A stretch of DNA of 55,882 nt, filler included, from Sphacelaria rigidula (GCA_964200075.2; 6 parts of 6 records of this genome joined end to end with filler, not necessarily neighbours in it); one strand, 5' to 3'; positions 1 to 13,104 are shown, counted from the first letter of the whole stretch. The notes: generated by a model not told the origin, from the sequence alone. Numbers and translations are program-made.

Positions 1-255
1 CCCCCCCCCTTGAAAGACGGCCTGAACTAGCTCATCCATCTGTACATGCAGTGCAGTCGTGGTGTGCGCAGGATAGGGGCTATGCGTACCCCAAATTGCA
101 AGAAACAATGGGCAGTGCTGCTTTTTAGGAGTGGCCCCTTCCAAATCTGGAGAAGAAAATAAACGTCGTGATGGAAAACAAGCCGTGCAACTTCCCAAAT
201 GAAAAACATGAAAAACGGCACATGCTCATTATGGAATACGCGGGGAAAATGGGGG

Positions 256-322
256 GCGTACTCATTTGTTGCTTGCCTTAGTCGTGTGACCATTGACCAC
301 GCATCCCTTTCGAGACGGAGCA
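256..322 (+). repeat. ~65-bp dispersed module (family R65), copy 1
   Basis: gtactcatttgttgcttgccttagtcgtgtgaccattgaccacgcatccctttcgagacggagca recurs at ~12827, 14893 (-) and 43554, and diverged at ~9120 and ~10628. Confidence 0.85.
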
Positions 323-1711
323 GGAGAAAATGGGGGGCGGGGGGGGGAAGGAAAGGGAAATGATCCGGTTTCGTTCGTCGAGAATAAACGTTATTCAAAA
401 CTCAATTAATGGAGATGGTCGTGAACATACGAATCATCACATAACCTCAGACAACACAACGAAACATGGCTACCAATAGTGGACATGTACCTATTCATGC
501 ATTAGTACATGTACTACAATATACAAATGTTGAGGTCATACCAACGAAGCCGCCGGGGGAAGTTTGTTCAGAGGAACCCGGTGGCTGTACCGGTGTTGGT
601 TACGCTGTGGTGCCGTTTCTCCATTCCTGAGATACCTTGGCCTCTTTCTCGTGACCTGGGCTAGGAACTGGTGTCAGACGCGAGGACTCGAGTAACTGCT
701 AGGGCCGGGTGTTTGAGGGTTAGTCCGGGTAGATATGGTGTACTCGTTCCACACATGTTGCGGAAAGACTACTGTACTGCTACTCGAATCACGAAACTCC
801 AACCATATTACACACCCAAAAAAATATCCCACCGCCTGGAAAGCTAAGCACTGGGTGTGGTTCAGCGCTACTGCCCATGGGAGACGCGCGATCATCGCCC
901 ACCACATCGTCGCGTGTCGTATGACCAGTAGAGGCGAATCCTAGCCGGGAACTGCGATGACGTCTGTCCAACGCACACGGTATGGCACTCGCGCCGAAGT
1001 GGCCTATTGCTCGCAACGTGGACATTACGGGGACTCGAAATGCGGTTGTTACAACGAGTGCATGCTCAAGCAAAATCATGACTAGTAGGTGGCGCATTTG
1101 GCTGTGATCCGCTCTCTGCTTGTCGCAAAACGATTCGCAAGAGGAGTGCTGATTAGGGGTTTGCTTTGTTGTTTATTTTGACACATCAGCCTACTGCTCA
1201 AACCCGCAGGTCCAAGAACAATGAAGTCCGAGTTGGACACTGTACTAGAACACTGTAGTAGTGTTATTTGTTCACGCTTTCGACCCAAAATTCACTGATC
1301 AGCAAACGCCTTCAGCGATACCCACCCAATTTTCGCATGCATAGTGTTATACTGACTGCCATGGGCAACTGAAGAGGGGATCATGAAAGGATTGTTGTTC
1401 AAGATCATGGTAGTAGCGCTAAGAGCGATGATAATAAGGCGAAAACGTACCTCGATCGATCGACCTTGAGAATGTTCTGATTAAAAGTGCGACTTCCTAC
1501 CCCAGCTTCTACGTAATCTCCACATCATGCCTCGCGTTGTAGAAATCACAGTCAGCTCAGAAACCTAAGGGGAAAATAATGTTTCAAAATGGTTTTCATG
1601 GGATCGAATTAGACCTCCATCCACACCGTGGTATTTTGGTGATGTGGGGTTTTGGCGTCGTCGGGTTTCCAATAAGGCCGTTTCTGAGCACATCAGTTTT
1701 CCATGGAAAAA

Positions 1712-1831
1712 GTGCGGTGAAAAACAAGAATCCTAATCTGATGGGAGGCCGTGATTTCAAGCACCTTCAAAATCAACGACGATGGTTGAAATTACGACCT
1801 ATCAGATTAGGATTCTTGATTTCCACCATAC
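1712..1831. repeat. Imperfect palindrome / foldback
   Basis: caagaatcctaatctgat (1725-1742) is the exact reverse complement of atcagattaggattcttg (1801-1818); inner and outer arms also pair imperfectly. Confidence 0.75.
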
Positions 1832-3859
1832 AATTTCGATCGAAAACCAAAATAATAGTGTGCTAAAACACACCCTGATAATATACCCACCGAAGGCCCA
1901 GGAAAGCTCCCGACGGTTTCCCCTCTATTTGTCGTATGAAAGCTCCGACCGCCCTCAAACTTGGTTGTTTTGTAGGTAGTGATGCTCTATATGAAGGGAA
2001 AAAATGAAGTGTTGCACATGTTTGAAAGTCTCTTCGCCCTCCACCGGCTTCCGGGGGTTTCCGCGTGAAGATCCCAGAAGGCGCTACAGAATGCCCAATG
2101 GAAGCAAAAAAATGATAAATTATACCTCCTCCTAGCGTAGTCGAAGAAACATTGAACGTTGGTACGAAGTAAGTGTCGTCGCGTTTCTAAGAAAACTCGT
2201 GCACTGGGGGCGTTTGGACGTCAAACATACCCGAAAAAATCGCTTCAAACGAAGTAGTTAGGGACTTGTACCTCTTTCGAGATCACTTTGTCGCACAAAA
2301 GCCGAGATATTCACGCGGATTTTTGGAGTCAACCCTGATATATTGCATACAAACAGATACCATGTATGGTGCATTTCGGAACTCTGTGTATCTACGCCAG
2401 CTACAACTGTCAGATTTAATACTGTGGTCTTGTGCGGTCACCGTTGAATTCCATGTCTAGAGTCAGTTCAAGTATTCTTCATACGAGAACAAATAATGAA
2501 GCATTCGGTAGCACACTGTCAGTTCGGTAGAATTGAGCCGGTAGGAAATTTTGACTTCCAGGAGCCTATGCCACGGCGCCCTCATGGTCCAACCGGTGAC
2601 TCATGACCACACCCTGGACAGCATGACGTCAATAGTTGCAGTATAAAGAATCCACTGCGTAGCGTATAGGTCCATTGCAACAAATGACCATCTATTACCC
2701 ATGGTGTGAACATGCCCAACGTAGTAGGTCGGAAGGATGCGGGTTGGAATTCCGCCAGGTGCTTTTGGGAAAATTTCGAGAGAAATATTTGGTTCTGCTC
2801 GTGGAAGACGTGAGGAGGCGCGTAGCAAAGGAATATAATTTGACAGAGCCGACGCGCTGCGAGGATGACGATCCAATCCCCGTTACCGCAAACCAAGTCA
2901 AATTTGATGCCTTGATACCACGGACACGTTCTACGGGAGGGGACGGTGTACTCACGATCTTGCATGCCTCAGCCACATGACCATTAGGGTAGGGGGGGTT
3001 ATATCCTTCATTTGGATCACAGATACAAGTAGGTCAACTTCGTTTCATTTACTTGGGTAGCCTGGTCGTGCTCCATGAACGTCTTCTCTAGTTTGTTTCA
3101 TATTTTTCACGAGGAGAGGTCCGCGCAAAGACAACGAATCAGCTTCCTATCTCTTCGAGATGTAGCATACCGCTCATTTACACCACCTTGCTCGTTCCAT
3201 CGGTGGCGACAGATTCAAAACGGCAGGACATACTTTGTGTACGTTTTGACAGCGAAAGGAGGCTCTCGGTCGCGCGAACATCATGCAGTAAGCTCTTGAA
3301 CGTTAGTTTGAGGGGGCTTTCTAGTGGATTAATCCTTGGAGCGCCTAGATGTCACTTCATCAGTTGCATCGCCACCATGTCCATTTGATTCATCAAATTG
3401 ACTGTCCACTTGTTCATGCTTTAAGCATTGCGATTTCGACGCGGCAGCGCTATCAAGTTGTAGTGGACAAGCCATAAGACGCAGTAAAACTTGTGTAAGA
3501 AAGAGACCAAACTCTTCAGACTATTTCCGTTACTCGGGCTTGGGTTAAACGTCCATATAAACCGTCAACTCTCATTGCGTCACAATATCAAATATCTCCA
3601 AACACGACACACACCATCACCTTATCAGCGCAAACGTCTTCTCGAACAACTATACTTCCAACAGACCTATCTCATAACACAAAACTGGGCCTGTCTGTAC
3701 TGCCGCTTCAAATTGTGTGGGCGACAAGGTGGCAACAAAGACAAAAATAAAGATGGACATACGTAGACGCGCGAACTGGATACTCAACACGAACAAAAAT
3801 TGCCACCCACAGTATCACAGTCAATCTTCTTCAATAAAAAAACCGCGCTGCAAGAACCG

Positions 3860-4388
3860 TCACAACACAGCGCTAGACGTCGAATCAGCCGCCACAACAC
3901 GATCCGTCGTCGGATTAAACACACTATAACCTCCCTGGGGAGGCCCAGCCGGAGGTCCTACACGAGGAGGGGGAGGCTGCGTGCCACCCCCCCCCGCTGG
4001 GGGTGTCGTTGTGTAACCCCCAGGTACAGGCAAACCACCATACCCATTGCCATTTGCGGGGAATCCGTGCTGTGCACCCGCACCAGCCATATGCACAGCG
4101 CTGTGGTTAGAGACCCCGGGGGCGAGCGGCGGGGGGGGGGCGTACCCTTGCTGTGGCTGAGCGAATGATTGCCCCCCCCCTCCCACCGCGGGCGCAGCTC
4201 CAAACTGTTGGTAGTGGCCGGGTTGCGGGAGGTACTGCGCCGTTGGCGGCGGTTGCTGCGGATGTCCGTAACCTGCACCGCCATATTGGGGTGGTCCTCC
4301 CGCCGTTGGTCGAGTCGTATAAGATGCCCCCAGCTGGGCATGTGTTGGGGGAGCGCCCATATCCCGTACTATTTTCGTGTGGCCATAC
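3860..4388 (-). CDS. Terminal Pro/Gly/Tyr/Gln-rich exon of the ankyrin protein
   Basis: cccag|G TAT GGC CAC acceptor in phase 2; ends ...GGYSVFNPTTDRVVAADSTSSAVL*. Confidence 0.75.
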
Positions 4389-6617
4389 CTGGGCGTGTAA
4401 ACAGGAGGGTAGGGGGGATCACTAACTCGTGCCCACGGTACTCGCGTAGCAGAAACTGGGAAACAGTGCGGCTTCGCACAGCGTTGTGCGTTATCATGTC
4501 TCGCCATCATCTACTCTCTCTGCCGGCAACAAGCAAGTGCTTACGTGAGAGTAGGTGGAATCGTCGGGGTGTTGAATATGCACGAGTCATTGAACATTCG
4601 CATTTGCGAGATTGAGAACGCATGGAATCTGCGAGTCCGAGCCTCCACAACATGGAGAACCCACACGCATCGTCCGACAAACCACCACTAACACGAGTCG
4701 GCCGCAAAAACTCAGCGTGGATTTACGTGGACATACCTTTCTTGAAGTTTCGGGTCAGACGCGCTCGAGTGGAACCCGTCAGGCTTGATGAGTTTGGCTT
4801 TTCCAGGTTGGTCTCCTGACGCGGAAGGTTTCTAATAGGTGGTGAGGAGGGGAGGGACAAGGAGGAGCGGAACGGTCAACCAGTTGGATCGCAGTCCAAT
4901 TCAACGATGCAAGCACAGCTGCTTGAAAAACATCGACCAAAATGCAAAATTGCCCATGCGGGGAGACGTCTCTGGCTCGATCGTATCACGGAATATCGTG
5001 CTACACATGGGACGTGGGATCTCGCAAACAAGGATAATCGGCGTAATAGCCTTGGGTCACTACCTCATAATCGAGCTCCTCCTGACTTCTTGTACCCACT
5101 GTCACGTCCGCCGTCTACATGATCTTACCGGTCGCCGAGAAGGTGCTGGCACATGCGGTGGTGGAATCGGGGAATTTACGGCAGGAGGTCCGGGCGGCGG
5201 TGGCGTGGAGTGATTTACAGCCGGAGGCCCTGGCGGTGGCGGCGAAGAAGCCACTACTAACCCCTGAAACTTCGCAGAAATATCCACGCCCGCCACAGCG
5301 CCCGCCCCAACTGCACCAACCGGACCGCCGCTCCCAGGCGCGACGCTCGTCGCCGTACAACTGGCGACCGCAACGGCATCACCCCCCTTCGCCATATCCC
5401 GGGGCTCTATCGCACCCTGACGTCTGCTGTCTACATTTCCAGCTGGGGAGGATGATCGGACCGTGCCTCCTTCAGCGACCACCTCAGCGGGGGAGGTTTC
5501 CGCCACACCAACACCAACCACCGCAGAACCTCCTTCAGCACTTGGCGCCGATCCCGACGGCAACGGTGGTGACATCCCCGTTGCCGGGTTACCCGAAGTT
5601 GAACTGGTACTTCCCCCTACCCCGAAAAATGACTGTTCGACACCTGTTGGGGACGGGTTGTTAACCTGCACCTCGACTGCCGGAAATGATCGAGGGGATG
5701 TTATCCCTCGGTTCCTAGTTGGGGTGACAGCAGAAGCCGACGAAGTCGCCGCGTGCGGGAGAGCCTTGGGCGGCCGCGGTCGGGTCGGCGACAGTTGCCT
5801 GGCAGCACCCGGTGTCGGCAGGGATGGTGCTCCCGGTGCCATTGGTAATGGCGACGACAACGGTGGAACCGGTGGAACAGAGAATCCACCACGGTTGTAA
5901 TCACCATCTGGGGGGGAAAAGGAACCCAGGGGCTGCGGCGCGTTACCAGCAGCCCCGCCAACCCCCTGTGACGTTGACACGTTGAGAGGCGGCGGCGGAG
6001 GAGCCAGACCTCCAGGGGCTGCGGCACCTGGTCGCGGACCACCCGCCATGGTAGGAGCGGGCATCATCAGCGCGGTTAGGGCCGCGTTCATAGGATCCGC
6101 CGTCCTCGCGCCGCCGCCGCCGTGTACACCGTAGGGCTGTCCATGGGTGTGTGATGGACCCATGCCCATGCCTGGGACACCATACTGCTCGTAGTTGCGA
6201 GGGGCGTCAGATGTTATCCCCATTCCGTGAACGGCAAACTCGGGGTTTCCAGCCTCTGCCTGGCTCGGCATGCATATCACATAAAAACAGTACTCGGACG
6301 AATGAATCTTGAGGATGATTGGGGGCGTTGGCGAGTCGTCGTTCACGAGTTGTGCCGGTACGGAGTGGGTAGCAAAAGTTGATACAGGATAGGCAACAAA
6401 AGTCTAAAAAAAAACTGCACCTTCAGCTGAAGGGGTAGGAGGAACTGTCTGATGACGTGGTCCGTGGCCACATCGTAGGCCGTCTGCCCGGAGCGGTTTC
6501 GCTTCTCCACGGCGGCTCCTTGCCCCACGAGCATCTTCACCATTTCCGTCATGCCGCTCTTTGAGGCGTAGTGCAACGGGGTGTTCCCCGCGTTATCGGC
6601 CGTCACCGTGTCCGATC
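3860..6617 (-). CDS. Ankyrin-repeat protein with long Pro/Gly-rich C-terminus, 5'-partial; exons 6421-6617, 5129-6259, 4737-4831, 3860-4388
   Basis: Ankyrin motifs DNAGNTPLHYASKSGMTEMVKMLVGQGA and NRSGQTAYDVA. All three introns are GT-AG with matching phases (0,0,2), giving a continuous frame to the TGA at 3860. Upstream exons were not identified. Confidence 0.8.
4737..4831 (-). CDS. Short exon KPSASGDQPGKAKLIKPDGFHSSASDPKLQE(R) of the ankyrin protein
   Basis: Pyrimidine tract plus tag| acceptor, AG|gtatgt donor; its 95 nt bridge phase 0 to phase 2 exactly. Confidence 0.75.
5129..6259 (-). CDS. Large Pro/Gly/Ser/Ala-rich exon of the ankyrin protein
   Basis: Lies within ORF 5102..6346; ccag|GCA acceptor and CCG|gtaag donor, both phase 0. 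Confidence 0.75.
6421..6617 (-). CDS. Ankyrin-repeat exon
   Basis: acag| acceptor, AAG|gtgcag donor; TPLH ankyrin consensus. Confidence 0.85.
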
Positions 6618-7447
6618 CTGTTACCGGCAAATAGGAGCAAGCAACAGGTCCGTCTCACCGACCCGTTCATCTGGGAAATGTTGAGCACTAATGCTGACAC
6701 AGTTCATCCTGTGGCCGACAGCTCATTTTGAACTACATGGAGATTGATTTTAACCTAGGAACCGCCAGCTTTTCACGGGCACGGGAAAACCATGAAACTC
6801 GTTGTGGGTGTGAAGCCAGATTGAAGTCGGTCGCGATAAATGACACTACGCAATGCCATAAGGAGGTGCGACAACATGAAAAAGGAAAGTAAAAAGAACC
6901 CTCGGCAGCAGGATGGATGAGTGCGGAAAATCAACAGCTCGTGCCTCGTCGCTACAGTTTTCAATGAGGTGGCAACGGCAATGCTTGTGCCAACAAAAAC
7001 ATTATGTTGTACTCGTATGTCGTACCACAAACAAGCAGCAGTGTGCCACACAAACTAATCCAGCAGACTCTTCAGGTCCTTGCTTCGATGGATACCGGCA
7101 ATTCTTCGCTTCTTCAGCCCCCGAAAAAAGAGCGAATACCCACGACTCAGAAAACAATTGAACGCATCCTGAATGTTGCGCTAGCAGGACGACGTGAATC
7201 ATGACTCATCTAGATACAACTTCTCTATTTGCACGAATCAATTATGCGATCCGTACAAGAACTATGATTTATTGGAACGTCCACGGTCGTCAACGCCAAG
7301 TTGGGATTTTGAGTGCAGTATCCTATAAAACTCATGGAAGAGCCCAAACTTTGATCAAAGACGCACAATAGGACATGGATGGCATCGGTCAACTGGCATT
7401 CGCGGGGAGTGCATGGTGGCGAAGGGGACGAGAAAGTAGCCGTTCCC

Positions 7448-7450
<3 letters not shown>

Positions 7451-7484
<34 letters not shown>
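7451..7484. repeat. (GT)n microsatellite
   Basis: Run of about 17 GT units. Confidence 0.95.
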
Positions 7485-7486
<2 letters not shown>

Positions 7487-7666
7487 TTTTTACAGCGAAT
7501 TTGGGGGTGGTATCCACGTTTCGGCCCTAGTCTGAGAAAGACTTTTCTTTTGGACGTAAGAAATTGTTCTTGGGATATTCGATACACGAAAATTAAATGT
7601 ACTCGAGGGGTGATGTATGCCAGTGCACTACTGGACTCTACTCGCGCACTGTTTGTTCTTCAATAA

Positions 7667-7955
7667 CGGCTGTGCCATCACGTATCACCACACGGCATCA
7701 CCATGTACTGTACTGATGTAGTGTCCTGCACTGTATTACTCTAGGGTACCAAGGTACGACACTGTACTCGAAGGATTGTTTGATTGTTTACCGCGTGCCT
7801 GCTCTTCGGCTTCATGCGCGAGAACGCAGTACGACACTCATGCAAAAAATGGCCGTCTATGTACAGAACCGTTTCACAAATCTGTGATACTGTACTGTTT
7901 GTACCATAAAACGGTCACCCCGATTGTGAGTCCACGAATTTGAGTCCCCCCGATA
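7667..7955 (+). repeat. Diverged interspersed repeat; inverted homolog at ~51045-51295
   Basis: Shared blocks gcatcacc.tgtactgt, ctagggtacca.ggtacgac.ctg, tcttcggcttcat and tgtacagaac..tttca. Confidence 0.7.
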
Positions 7956-9231
7956 TGATTTTTTTTTTAGATTTGTTGCCGTACAAGTGACTCTAACCTT
8001 GAAAATTACCCACCTCCATAGTGTTGAAAAGGGACAACACTAGTCCTATGTTGACGCCAACTACTTCAGCTAACATACACGGGTATCTTTGGTTCGGCAC
8101 CCGCTGCGAAAACTAACCCAACAGGACTAGTTTTGTTAACCCTCAGACAGCGAGCGTCGCCTCGGAACAGTTTTACAGGCTGACAGTCCAGCGACATCCA
8201 ACGGTTTCCAGGTGGCGGGGGTTGACAGGGGGGTGGGGGCCCGTTCGCTCAACAGCTGAAAAGCTAACCAAGTCAACCATATTCGTTTGGAAGTTTTCCA
8301 TGGAAAACTATAAGCCAAGAACAAGCCCCGAGGGAGTGACCATTTTGATCAATTATGGCTGTCAAAATGGTCACTTCGTTGCCCTACAGGTGGACTACTT
8401 CAATGTCTAGCCGTATTTCTCAATTTGATCATGACAATTCAACCATATATAACATGGGCACAAAAAAAGTGGTGTGTACTCTGTTCGTGGTCTTCGCCAC
8501 CTCCCTGACCCCTTTTGTGTCCCAGCACAGCTTCACTCTGTGTGTAGTGCTGTGGAACATTAAGCAGCATGCGGTAGTGAACAGCGATGACACGATGACT
8601 GTTTCTTCCCGTTGTGTCCAACCAAGACACACAGCATACCGCACACCTACTGACTGCACGTAATGGACTACACGGTCAAAACCGGCCAGGCGTTCTCCGA
8701 GACAAATCTCTACATGGGTGCCCAGTATCCCCGTGTTCATAGAAGAAGGTGTTTTGTGTTGCGAGAAAAGAGCTATTCTGAACCTCGAGTGTGGCATAGT
8801 CCATCTCAGTCCACCTGCGGGGGGGGTCGCTGTATATGGACATGCGCTCGTGCGGCAAGACTTGGAATGTACATCATCCCGCTCATTATTCGTCCGGTAC
8901 GACTTCAAATATGACATTTTTCTCGACCGTCATTCGCATGCGACGACTCTTCGGCAGACATTTCAGACGTGATATTCACGAGGAGGCAAGTGCGAATCAT
9001 GATTGTTGTACGTATACCACTTTCACAATTTTCGCCTTCGTGCCGATGAAACGGTCAGCCACTCTTGGAGGCAGAAACCCGAGCGAGTGTAGTTTGTCCG
9101 AGAAAGTTAACACTGGAGAGGGGGGGTGTAATCATGATCATGCATGCCATCGTTATCATACCATTGACCTCGCATCCCACAAAGCCGGGACGGAGCGCGC
9201 GGGGGTTTCGTCTGACCCGGCTAGCATTCAA

Positions 9232-9331
9232 NNNNNNNNNNNNNNNNNNNNNNNNNNNNNNNNNNNNNNNNNNNNTTAATTAATTAANNNNNNNNNNNNN
9301 NNNNNNNNNNNNNNNNNNNNNNNNNNNNNNN
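9232..9331. other. Artificial contig linker (N44-TTAATTAATTAA-N44)
   Basis: Identical 100-nt spacer occurs five times; the 12-mer puts stops in all six frames. Confidence 0.97.
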
Positions 9332-11919
9332 AGGGATTGATTCATCACGAATCGACTCATTATACTAAAACCAAATAATTTCTAGACGAATCATTATTTG
9401 TCTGACCCTTGAAATCGTCCGCGAAAGGGAAAAAAAAAGTATGATAACCACGTGAACTCAGCTTCAAACTTTGACGACCACCGCATGTACTTTACGTGTG
9501 TGTGCAGGTAAGCTAAACGAGAAGATAGCATCGAAAGGGATCGTTATAATGAGTATGTTTTCCTCCCTGAAATCTACGAGCTTTTCGGGATAAGAAATAA
9601 AAAATGAAAATGTAAAGCACATTTCTTCCAAAACCTGGCGTCGGATTTTTCCACAAAATTTGTGCTTCTCGAATAAGGTCGCGGATCTTTAGATTTGGAA
9701 ATAAATTGTGTTACACCCATCTTGTGGGAACAGATTATTCAGAATTTTGGGTGAAATCATCCGCGGCCGAGATTCGGGGCCCGAGTCCCACCGATTTTTG
9801 CGCAAACTTGCGGGGATCGGCAAGCACAGATATTTGCACACGGATTTTTGCGTTTTGGCCAGCAGACTGTCATGATGGGGTCACGCCGCGTTTTTCTTCA
9901 TTTACCGGCGTGCTGGCTGCGCCTTTGTGAGTAATCCTGTCGACAACAACCAACAACAACACATGAAGCAACCACACACCGCACCCGATGCGCGATGGAG
10001 CCCGAATCGCGCGTGCGAGACCAAAAACGACAAGCCTTGCTCGTCGGTCTCCTGGCAAAAGCATTGCAGAGATGTCGAGAGAGGAGACATGTGATGCGCA
10101 CTGTCGCCGTCTGGCGGGTAGTTCTGCGATCCTTCGATGAAGGATTCAACTTTAGCAGCAACGAGGGAGGCATGGTCGCTTACGTACGTGCTCGAAAGAA
10201 TCGGCACTGGTGTTAGTGGGGTGTTGATGAACTCCCTGCGGCAGTGACGCTGCATCACTACAGCACACCACAACACACAAGACACCAAAGGGACTGTGAG
10301 CTGTTGAAACACGCTGCACATAAAACTCGAAACCCTGGTGCAGGTATACAAATCAGAATAATATGGTATGAAAATCTGTGTGCTGTCGTAAGATCGTTCC
10401 CGAACCCAAATTTGCCGCGGATTTATTTCACCGGGGTTCAAAGATCTGTGGCCAAAAATCTGTTGCCATAACATCCAGCCTAAGTTGGGGAATAATTCAA
10501 TATTTTGGAAAGGTCAACAAAATCTGTGAAATTTTCCGGTTACTGAGACACCTACTACGTTGGGATGACAAGCATTCCGGTCTCAGCGGGTATATACTTG
10601 TGCAGGTGATGGATAAGAACCGGAGAGGGGGGTGTACTCATGATGATGCATGCCGTAGTCATCAGACCATTGACCTCGCATCCCTACAACTCGGGACGGA
10701 GCACGCCGGATTTTCGCCGGATCAGGCTCGCAATCAATCACCTTCGCGAAGCGCCGCCGTGTATTCGGCGAGTCGCATGAAGGGTGAGCTGCACCCTGCC
10801 AAGATTTTTCGGCTCGAAGCCTACTGATCATCTTGCATTTGGAAGACAGCCTACAATGAATTGCTTTATTATCTGGTATCGCCACTTCCAGAGACAGCCA
10901 CGGCTAATACACTGCTTCATGGGTGTCTCACCATGTAAAGGCTACGTAGTACGATCATCCCCATTGTGCGGAGTTGAGGTTCTCCCACGCCGCACAATAC
11001 ATGATCTACTTCGATCACCATCATGGTTACCGCAAATAGAGGGGGAGGTGGAGGGAGAGGGGGAAGGGGATGGGGGAGGGGGGGGATCCATTGCCCTTGT
11101 AAGGGAACCACCCCTGAGCGCTTGAGCGTTATCCTCGCGGATCAGGTGTGTGAGCAAGTAGGCCGGGGGCTACAAGTTCGTTATTTCGTCCTTAAATGTG
11201 GAGTACACCAAGCTCTGAGACAAAACGTAGGTGCGCCGTCACGCCCTAATAACCTAATAACCTATTGTACTACTACTACCAATTTTAATAGGTCGGAAGA
11301 TGCGGCGTTCGATTTCCAGCAAGATGCGTCTGATTTATTACATGCTGTTTCATCTTCTGTTTTCCTTATGCTCATCTCTCTCTCACTACGAGCTGGGCCG
11401 GCAGTAAACCCAGCATTCTCTTTCGTCACCACAACTCTTCAAATTTCCCAAATCAACACGACCTGAGCATATCGCTGTGAACTGCAGACCAGCCTGGTAA
11501 CATAAGGCACCGCCNNNNNNNNNNGATTGGTGCACTTTTGGCGATGATGTTTTTGTACTGCATTGAGTACCGAGTACGTCCCAATTCTTTGCGCGATAGC
11601 GTGTCTGGAGACGTTTCGTTTCACAAAATGCGGTGGAATTACGATAGATCGTTGCGCTGCATGGGCATACGCACTCCTGACATGCCCAGGCAAGAGCACA
11701 CTGGTCGTGCTGCAAGATGGCATCAAGCTCGTCATGAGCTCCATTATGGGAGAGAACTTCCAAGCCAGCTGTCGTATATCACCGCACGAGGAAGAAGTAC
11801 TGCTTGAAGCTACGCTATACACCCCCCAAAAGCAAGACTATCACCGAAACATCGAGACCCTTTGCAACCCAGACGTACGACAGAGTATGCACGATTAGTG
11901 TGCACACAAAAAACGCTTT

Positions 11920-11991
11920 AGTCGTGTCGGGATTCGAACTCGTGAACTGTGTCATTTGAGACTGTTGTATCACTTCGACCACCGGGGTCAC
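11920..11991 (-). mobile_element. tRNA-derived SINE-like head (family 3)
   Basis: Minus strand reads gtgaccccggTGGTCGAAGTG...GAGTTCGAATCCCgac, resembling Pol III A and B boxes; no canonical cloverleaf. Confidence 0.45.
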
Positions 11992-12826
11992 ACAAAAAGT
12001 GCCACCCAAAGCCGAATTTTTCGTATTTTTGGCTGAAAATTCCAAGGATGTGGTTGACGCGAGTGCCCGTATGTGCCGCAGCGTTGTCATCGTTTTTATC
12101 CATTTTTAGGGAAGGTATAGCATTTTTCCTGTTTTTGCTGAAACTCCAACTCGCTTTAACTTTTTTTTTTTTCCTCTGCACCCCTCACAGGGTTGTGCAG
12201 ATTGATGATGAAAATTTCGTGTCAAAATTTCAGCACCTGACTCGTCGAATTGCCAAAAGCATCTCCACTCTTCGTTTAAAAATCACTGATAGCCGACCCA
12301 GCTCGTATTTATTTCCTTTTTCTTTTGTTTTTTGGAGTCTCAGAATAAACCGCTCGGTGAGGGTGTTTCATCTCGTGTAAGGAATAGTGACAGTAGTGAC
12401 GGTACTAGAAAGCTCGCAGCCTGCGTCTGTGACCATGGGTTTGAGAGATTGGCCTAATATGCGGAAATAATAATAATGGTAATGAGCATAATTGTTGTAA
12501 TACTACTAATACTCCATCCAATACTCAATCTAATACTCATACTAATACTAACACTGATACGATAATACTAATAAAAAGTAGTAGTAATAGTAGCAGTAGT
12601 AGATTAATACCGAGATAGCCCCCCCCCAAAAAAGTGCACCGGAGACCGTCCAACAAACCGGTTTCAATCCCATTATTGGGCTCGTTTGCAGCAATTTCGC
12701 CCACATGAGACGCGTGTAGCCGTCCGAAACCAGCTATAACGCCCAAAGGATTTGTGCAGCACGAAACCAGTTCTGACGGCATATATGATTATCGCCTCCG
12801 TGCACTTTTTTGGCCGGTTCGGGGGG

Positions 12827-12893
12827 GTGTTCTCATGTGTTGCTTGCCTTAGTCGTTTGAACATTGACCACGCATCCCTTTCGAGACGGAGCA
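12827..12893 (+). repeat. R65 module copy
   Basis: Near-identical to 256-322; flanked by G-runs. Confidence 0.85.
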
Positions 12894-13057
12894 TGGTTCG
12901 GGGGGGGGGGGGGGGATAATCCCCGCACCGGCGATACGATGGAATAGGAGGTGGAGTTGGTGCGCAAACGGCGCGGGCAAAAAAAANNNNNNNNNNGTCG
13001 TTCTGTATGGCGTTTCTTCCTGTCGCCGGGGGCCGGGGCACCCGGCGCCATACTCGG

Positions 13058-13089
<32 letters not shown>

Positions 13090-13104
13090 CTATCCCAGCA
13101 GCAG

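Noticed and set aside
2520..3400. Overlapping ORFs on both strands
   Set aside because: No recognisable motif or consistent frame; cannot be supported as coding.
5119..5900. Long plus-strand ORFs opposite the Pro-rich exons (also 39028-39534)
   Set aside because: Antisense shadows of GC-rich coding exons.
9276..9287. Regularly spaced TTAATTAATTAA palindromes every ~9.33 kb
   Set aside because: They sit within N runs and are assembly linkers, not biological sequence.
11640..11820. Possible next XRN exon (FSPIMELMTSLMPS...)
   Set aside because: Only vague resemblance to the PF.PF.QL..VLP block and no convincing splice sites.
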